Assembly (NCBI GenBank): GCA_049472355.1
Contig: JBLIRP010000003.1
Coordinates: 2,636-66,635 of the forward strand
From: a bacterium
GTDB taxonomy: Bacteria; SZUA-182; DTGQ01; JAFGSM01
Reading direction: 5' to 3'
DNA: 64,000 nt
The position numbers and the translations under genes are program-made. The notes beneath the pieces were generated by a model. The model did not search any database and was not told the DNA's origin. It was given only the letters and a program-made list of their open reading frames with translations. The first letter of the stretch is position 1. The number at the start of each line of letters is the position of its first letter. Shown here one piece after another: positions 60,257-64,000 of this stretch.

Positions 60257-61417
60257 ATGGCCAAATATTTCAAACTGCCGGTAAAAGATAAGGACGTAAA
60301 GGGCTCGATCAACGGATTCCTCCGCGATATCCTGGAGAAGGGATTGGTCCATGCCCTCCTGGTGCCGCAGGAGGTCCCCTCCGGCGATAACGTGGTGCAG
60401 ACCCTGGTCAGCGACCCTGAGACCCTGAAGCGGGCGGACCCTGTGAGCCCGGTCATGGGGGTTCATTCATCCAGGATCATATCCAAGATGACCAAGCAAG
60501 AGCCGAACTCCCAGAAGGTAGCGGTCGTTTTGAAACCTTGTGAATGGCGGGCACTCGTGGAACTGGTCAAGCTGAAGCAGGCATCCCTGGAGAACATGGT
60601 GGTCATCGGGGTGGACTGCCCGGGCACCTTTCCTATCAAGCAGTATAAAAAGATGATGGAAGAAGGGGCCTCCCCGGACAAGGAACTCCTGAAACTAATA
60701 GAAGGGGTAGGGCAGGGTGAGGGTCAAGAAGCAAATCTGAGAACGGCCTGCCAGGTGTGCGAGCATTTCACACCCCATGGCACGGATATCACCATCGGGC
60801 TGTTCGGCATGGACCTGGGGAACGAGATTCTCATTGCGGCGAATACGGAAGAGGGTGAACGGATACTGAATGGTCTTAAACTCGAATGTAATGAAGACAT
60901 TAAAGAAAAAAGCCCCGGAGGAAAAAACAGGCGGGAAGAGAGCATTGCAAAACTCATGGAACAGAGAATCAAGAAACGGGATGAACTATTTGCAGAGGTG
61001 CAAAAGGAGATCGGATCTCCCGATAAACTCCTGGCGTTCTTTTCAACCTGCATCAAATGCCACAACTGCATGGGGGCCTGCCCGATCTGCTACTGCAGGG
61101 AGTGCTTCTTCGAGTCCCCCACCTTTGAATTCGAGGCAGACCGGTACCTGAAATGGGCGGATAGGAAGGGGGCCATCCGGATGCCCACGGATACCCTCCT
61201 GTTTCATCTGACCCGGATGAACCACATGCTGCTCTCATGTGTGGGATGCGGCATCTGCGAGGAGGCCTGCCCGAACGATATACCCCTATTCAAGGTATTC
61301 AGGATGTTCGGACACACTGTGCAACAAATTTTTAAATATATACCTGGCAAGGATTTAAAAGAAGAGCTTCCCCTTTCCACCTTTAAGGAGGATGAGCTCA
61401 AGGACGTGGGAGAATAG
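60257..61417 (+). CDS. FrhB/FdhB-family flavo-Fe-S subunit
   Basis: KPCEWRALVELVKLKQ..IGVDCPG, CIKCHNCMGACPICYCREC, CVGCGICEEACP. GGAGG RBS. Confidence 0.85.
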   Translation: MAKYFKLPVKDKDVKGSINGFLRDILEKGLVHALLVPQEVPSGDNVVQTLVSDPETLKRADPVSPVMGVHSSRIISKMTKQEPNSQKVAVVLKPCEWRALVELVKLKQASLENMVVIGVDCPGTFPIKQYKKMMEEGASPDKELLKLIEGVGQGEGQEANLRTACQVCEHFTPHGTDITIGLFGMDLGNEILIAANTEEGERILNGLKLECNEDIKEKSPGGKNRREESIAKLMEQRIKKRDELFAEVQKEIGSPDKLLAFFSTCIKCHNCMGACPICYCRECFFESPTFEFEADRYLKWADRKGAIRMPTDTLLFHLTRMNHMLLSCVGCGICEEACPNDIPLFKVFRMFGHTVQQIFKYIPGKDLKEELPLSTFKEDELKDVGE

Positions 61418-61419
61418 GA

Positions 61420-62115
61420 ATGGGTGCCAAGGGAGCCATTTTGACATTGAATGAGCTGGACCTGGATTTCAAGTATGATATCCAGAAAGAGCCCGGAGGG
61501 GAGGGGATCATGCATTGCTTCGCATGCGGCGGATGCACGGCCCGCTGTCCAGTCCGGGAGATCGACGAGAAATATAATCCCAGGAAGATCATCCGGATGG
61601 CCCTATTGGGGCTCAAGGAAGAGGTCTTCCGATCGGAGTTTGTCTGGCTGTGCTCCTCTCATTCGCGCTGTGCCGGCCGCTGTCCCCAGGAAGTCACCAT
61701 CGGGGCCATTGCCTGTGCCTGCAGGAACATAGCCATGCGGGAGGGCTACGGCCACCTGAGCGTGAACAAGGAAACAAAATCGGACCAGGCCATAAAATCG
61801 AGCAGCCTGGATCCCAACTTCAAATACGAGATTCAGAGGGAGCCCGGGGGGGAAAACCTCACCCATTGCTTTGCCTGCGGCACATGCACCGCGAGCTGCC
61901 CTGAAATGGAGAAGGATAATCAATACGACCCCCGGCGCTTCATACGAAAGATCCTGCTGGGGATGAGGGAAGAGGCATTCACCGATGGATTCATGTGGCA
62001 TTGTGCTATGCACTATGCCTGCAATGAGAGATGCCCGCAGGGTGTCAAGATCAGTGAACTCATGAATGCCATCAGAAACATTGCGATCAGAGAGGGGAAT
62101 GCGCCCCCGAAATAA
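61420..62115 (+). CDS. hdrC: Tandem-duplicated HdrC-like Fe-S protein
   Basis: Two homologous halves LD.(D/N)FKY(D/E)IQ.EPGGE...CFACG.CTA.CP...Y.PR..IR..LLG..EE..W.CxxHxxCxxRCPQ.V.I. Confidence 0.85.
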   Translation: MGAKGAILTLNELDLDFKYDIQKEPGGEGIMHCFACGGCTARCPVREIDEKYNPRKIIRMALLGLKEEVFRSEFVWLCSSHSRCAGRCPQEVTIGAIACACRNIAMREGYGHLSVNKETKSDQAIKSSSLDPNFKYEIQREPGGENLTHCFACGTCTASCPEMEKDNQYDPRRFIRKILLGMREEAFTDGFMWHCAMHYACNERCPQGVKISELMNAIRNIAIREGNAPPK

Positions 62116-62191
62116 AAAATAAGGTTTGTCATACGATGAAGAAACAATGGCGAACCCGGACGTTCGGGCTTAAAACGGAGTAAGGATTGAG

Positions 62192-64000
62192 ATGACGAAT
62201 CATAAAAAAACCAATAACCAGCCAGCCAATAACCGGCCGGCCAATGGCCGTCCAGCCGATACAAGACCGGCCAATAACCGTCCGATCGGCGCGGTCATGG
62301 TCGTCGGCGGGGGGATCGGCGGGATTCAGGCCTCCCTGGACCTAGCGGATTCCGGGTACAAGGTCTACCTGGTGGAGTCCAAGCCCTCCATCGGCGGGGT
62401 GATGCCGCAACTGGACAAGACATTCCCCACCAACGACTGCTCCATGTGCATCCTGTCGCCGAAACTAATGGATTGCGGCAGGCACCCGAATATCGAGATC
62501 CTGACCCAGTCCGATATCGAGAAGATCAGCGGTGAGGCCGGGGATTTCACCGTATCCGTCATCAAAAGGCCCAGGTATATAGATGAGGCAAAATGCAGCG
62601 GCTGCGGGCTGTGCACGGAGAAGTGCCCCACCTCAGTGCCGTCCGAATTCGACCGGGGACTGAAGCCCAGGAAGGCCATCTATATGCCCTTTCCCCAGGC
62701 CGTTCCCAATAAACCCACCATTGATCCGGAGCACTGCCTCTATTTCACGAAGGGGAAGTGCCAGTTGTGTAAGAAGACCTGTCAGGCGGATGCCATCAAC
62801 TATGAGCAGAAAACAGAGCACCTCACCATCCAGGTGGGGGCCGTTATCCTTGCCTGCGGGTATGAACTTTTTGATGCACATGTAAAGCCGGGGTATGGTT
62901 ATGGTCAGTTCGAAAATGTCATCACCAGCATTGAGTTCGAACGGATACTCTCCGCCTCAGGTCCATTCGAAGGGCATCTCGAACGATTATCCGATCACAG
63001 AGAGCCCAGGAAGATCGCCTTCATCCAGTGCGTGGGCTCGCGGGATACCTCCTGCCGGATCGAATACTGTTCCTCGGTGTGCTGCACCTATGCCATCAAG
63101 GAGGCGGTCATTGCACAGGAGCACGCCAAGGATGGCCTTGAGACCGCCATCTTTTATATGGATATGCGCACATTCGGCAAGGGTTTCGATCCCTATTACG
63201 AGCGGGCAAAGGAGGAATACGGGGTGCGGTTCATCCGGAGCCGGGTGTCCGAGATCTATGAGGTACCGGAGACAAAGAATCTGCAGATCCGCTATATTGA
63301 AGATGGGGCCCTCCAGCGCGAGGAGTTCGATCTGGTGGTCCTGTCCGTGGGATTCCTCCCCCAGGAGAATGCCAAAAAAATGGCGGAGATATTCGGGATT
63401 TCACTGAACGAGCATGGTTTCTGCCGGACCTCCGAGTTTTCCCCGGTGGAGACCATCAGGGAAGGGATATATGTGTGCGGCGCATTTGCAGGCCCCAAGG
63501 ATATCCCGGAGACCGTCATGCAGGCATCCGGCGCCGCAGGCAAGGCATCCGCCCTTCTATCCAAGGCCAGGGGAAGGCTGATCAAACAGAAGGTATATCC
63601 GGCGGAGATGAGCCTAAACGGCCAGCCCCCCAGGATCGGGGCCATTATATGTCACTGCGGCATCAATATCGGCGGATACCTGGATGTGCCCGCTGTGGTT
63701 GAATATGCCAGAACACTGCCGAATGTGGTGTATGCCGAAGACAGCCTCTATGCCTGTTCCCCGGACATGCAGCGCAGGATCGTGGAGATCATCAAGACCC
63801 ATCAACTGGACCGGCTCATCGTGGCCTCCTGTACGCCCAGGACGCATGAGCCCCTGTTCAGGGAGACCCTCAAGGAGGCGGGCCTGAATCCCCACCTTTT
63901 CGAGATGGCCAATATAAGGGACCAGTGCTCCTGGATCCACATGAACGATCCCAAAGAGGCCACCCTCAAGGCAAAGGACCTGGTCCGGATAGCGGTCAGA
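62192..64000 (+). CDS. hdrA: Third HdrA-family protein (double-module type, no GltD insert in the first module), truncated by the window edge
   Basis: Frame open to the edge (manual translation): GAVMVVGGGIGG, FPTNDCSMC, CVGSRD..CSSVCC, ICHCGINIG, NIRDQCSWIH. Confidence 0.92.
   Translation, partial: MTNHKKTNNQPANNRPANGRPADTRPANNRPIGAVMVVGGGIGGIQASLDLADSGYKVYLVESKPSIGGVMPQLDKTFPTNDCSMCILSPKLMDCGRHPNIEILTQSDIEKISGEAGDFTVSVIKRPRYIDEAKCSGCGLCTEKCPTSVPSEFDRGLKPRKAIYMPFPQAVPNKPTIDPEHCLYFTKGKCQLCKKTCQADAINYEQKTEHLTIQVGAVILACGYELFDAHVKPGYGYGQFENVITSIEFERILSASGPFEGHLERLSDHREPRKIAFIQCVGSRDTSCRIEYCSSVCCTYAIKEAVIAQEHAKDGLETAIFYMDMRTFGKGFDPYYERAKEEYGVRFIRSRVSEIYEVPETKNLQIRYIEDGALQREEFDLVVLSVGFLPQENAKKMAEIFGISLNEHGFCRTSEFSPVETIREGIYVCGAFAGPKDIPETVMQASGAAGKASALLSKARGRLIKQKVYPAEMSLNGQPPRIGAIICHCGINIGGYLDVPAVVEYARTLPNVVYAEDSLYACSPDMQRRIVEIIKTHQLDRLIVASCTPRTHEPLFRETLKEAGLNPHLFEMANIRDQCSWIHMNDPKEATLKAKDLVRIAVR

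Overview
Chromosomal window from a probable anaerobic, probably diderm bacterium. From left to right it holds a Ser/Thr phospho-signalling trio (2xFHA-TM-beta-propeller, PP2C phosphatase, kinase), small secreted orphans, a broken RelE-like TA module, a SWIM-SNF2 helicase, an AbiE-type TA module and a group 3c [NiFe]-hydrogenase operon (mvhDGA plus maturation protease). Next is a ~15.5 kb integrase-free island (hicAB plus a 4574-aa secreted adhesin/gingipain-like protein) bounded by a 125-bp duplicate of the protease 3' end. It is followed by a lipid-hydrolase and beta-oxidation cluster, a stretch of defence-gene fragments, and a large heterodisulfide-reductase-like cluster (hdrA, hdrL-type, mvhD, FrhB/FdhB-like, tandem HdrC with His-substituted Fe-S motifs, and a third HdrA running off the edge). 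No tRNA, rRNA, CRISPR array, integrase or reverse transcriptase was seen. All family calls come from motif recognition by eye, not database searches.
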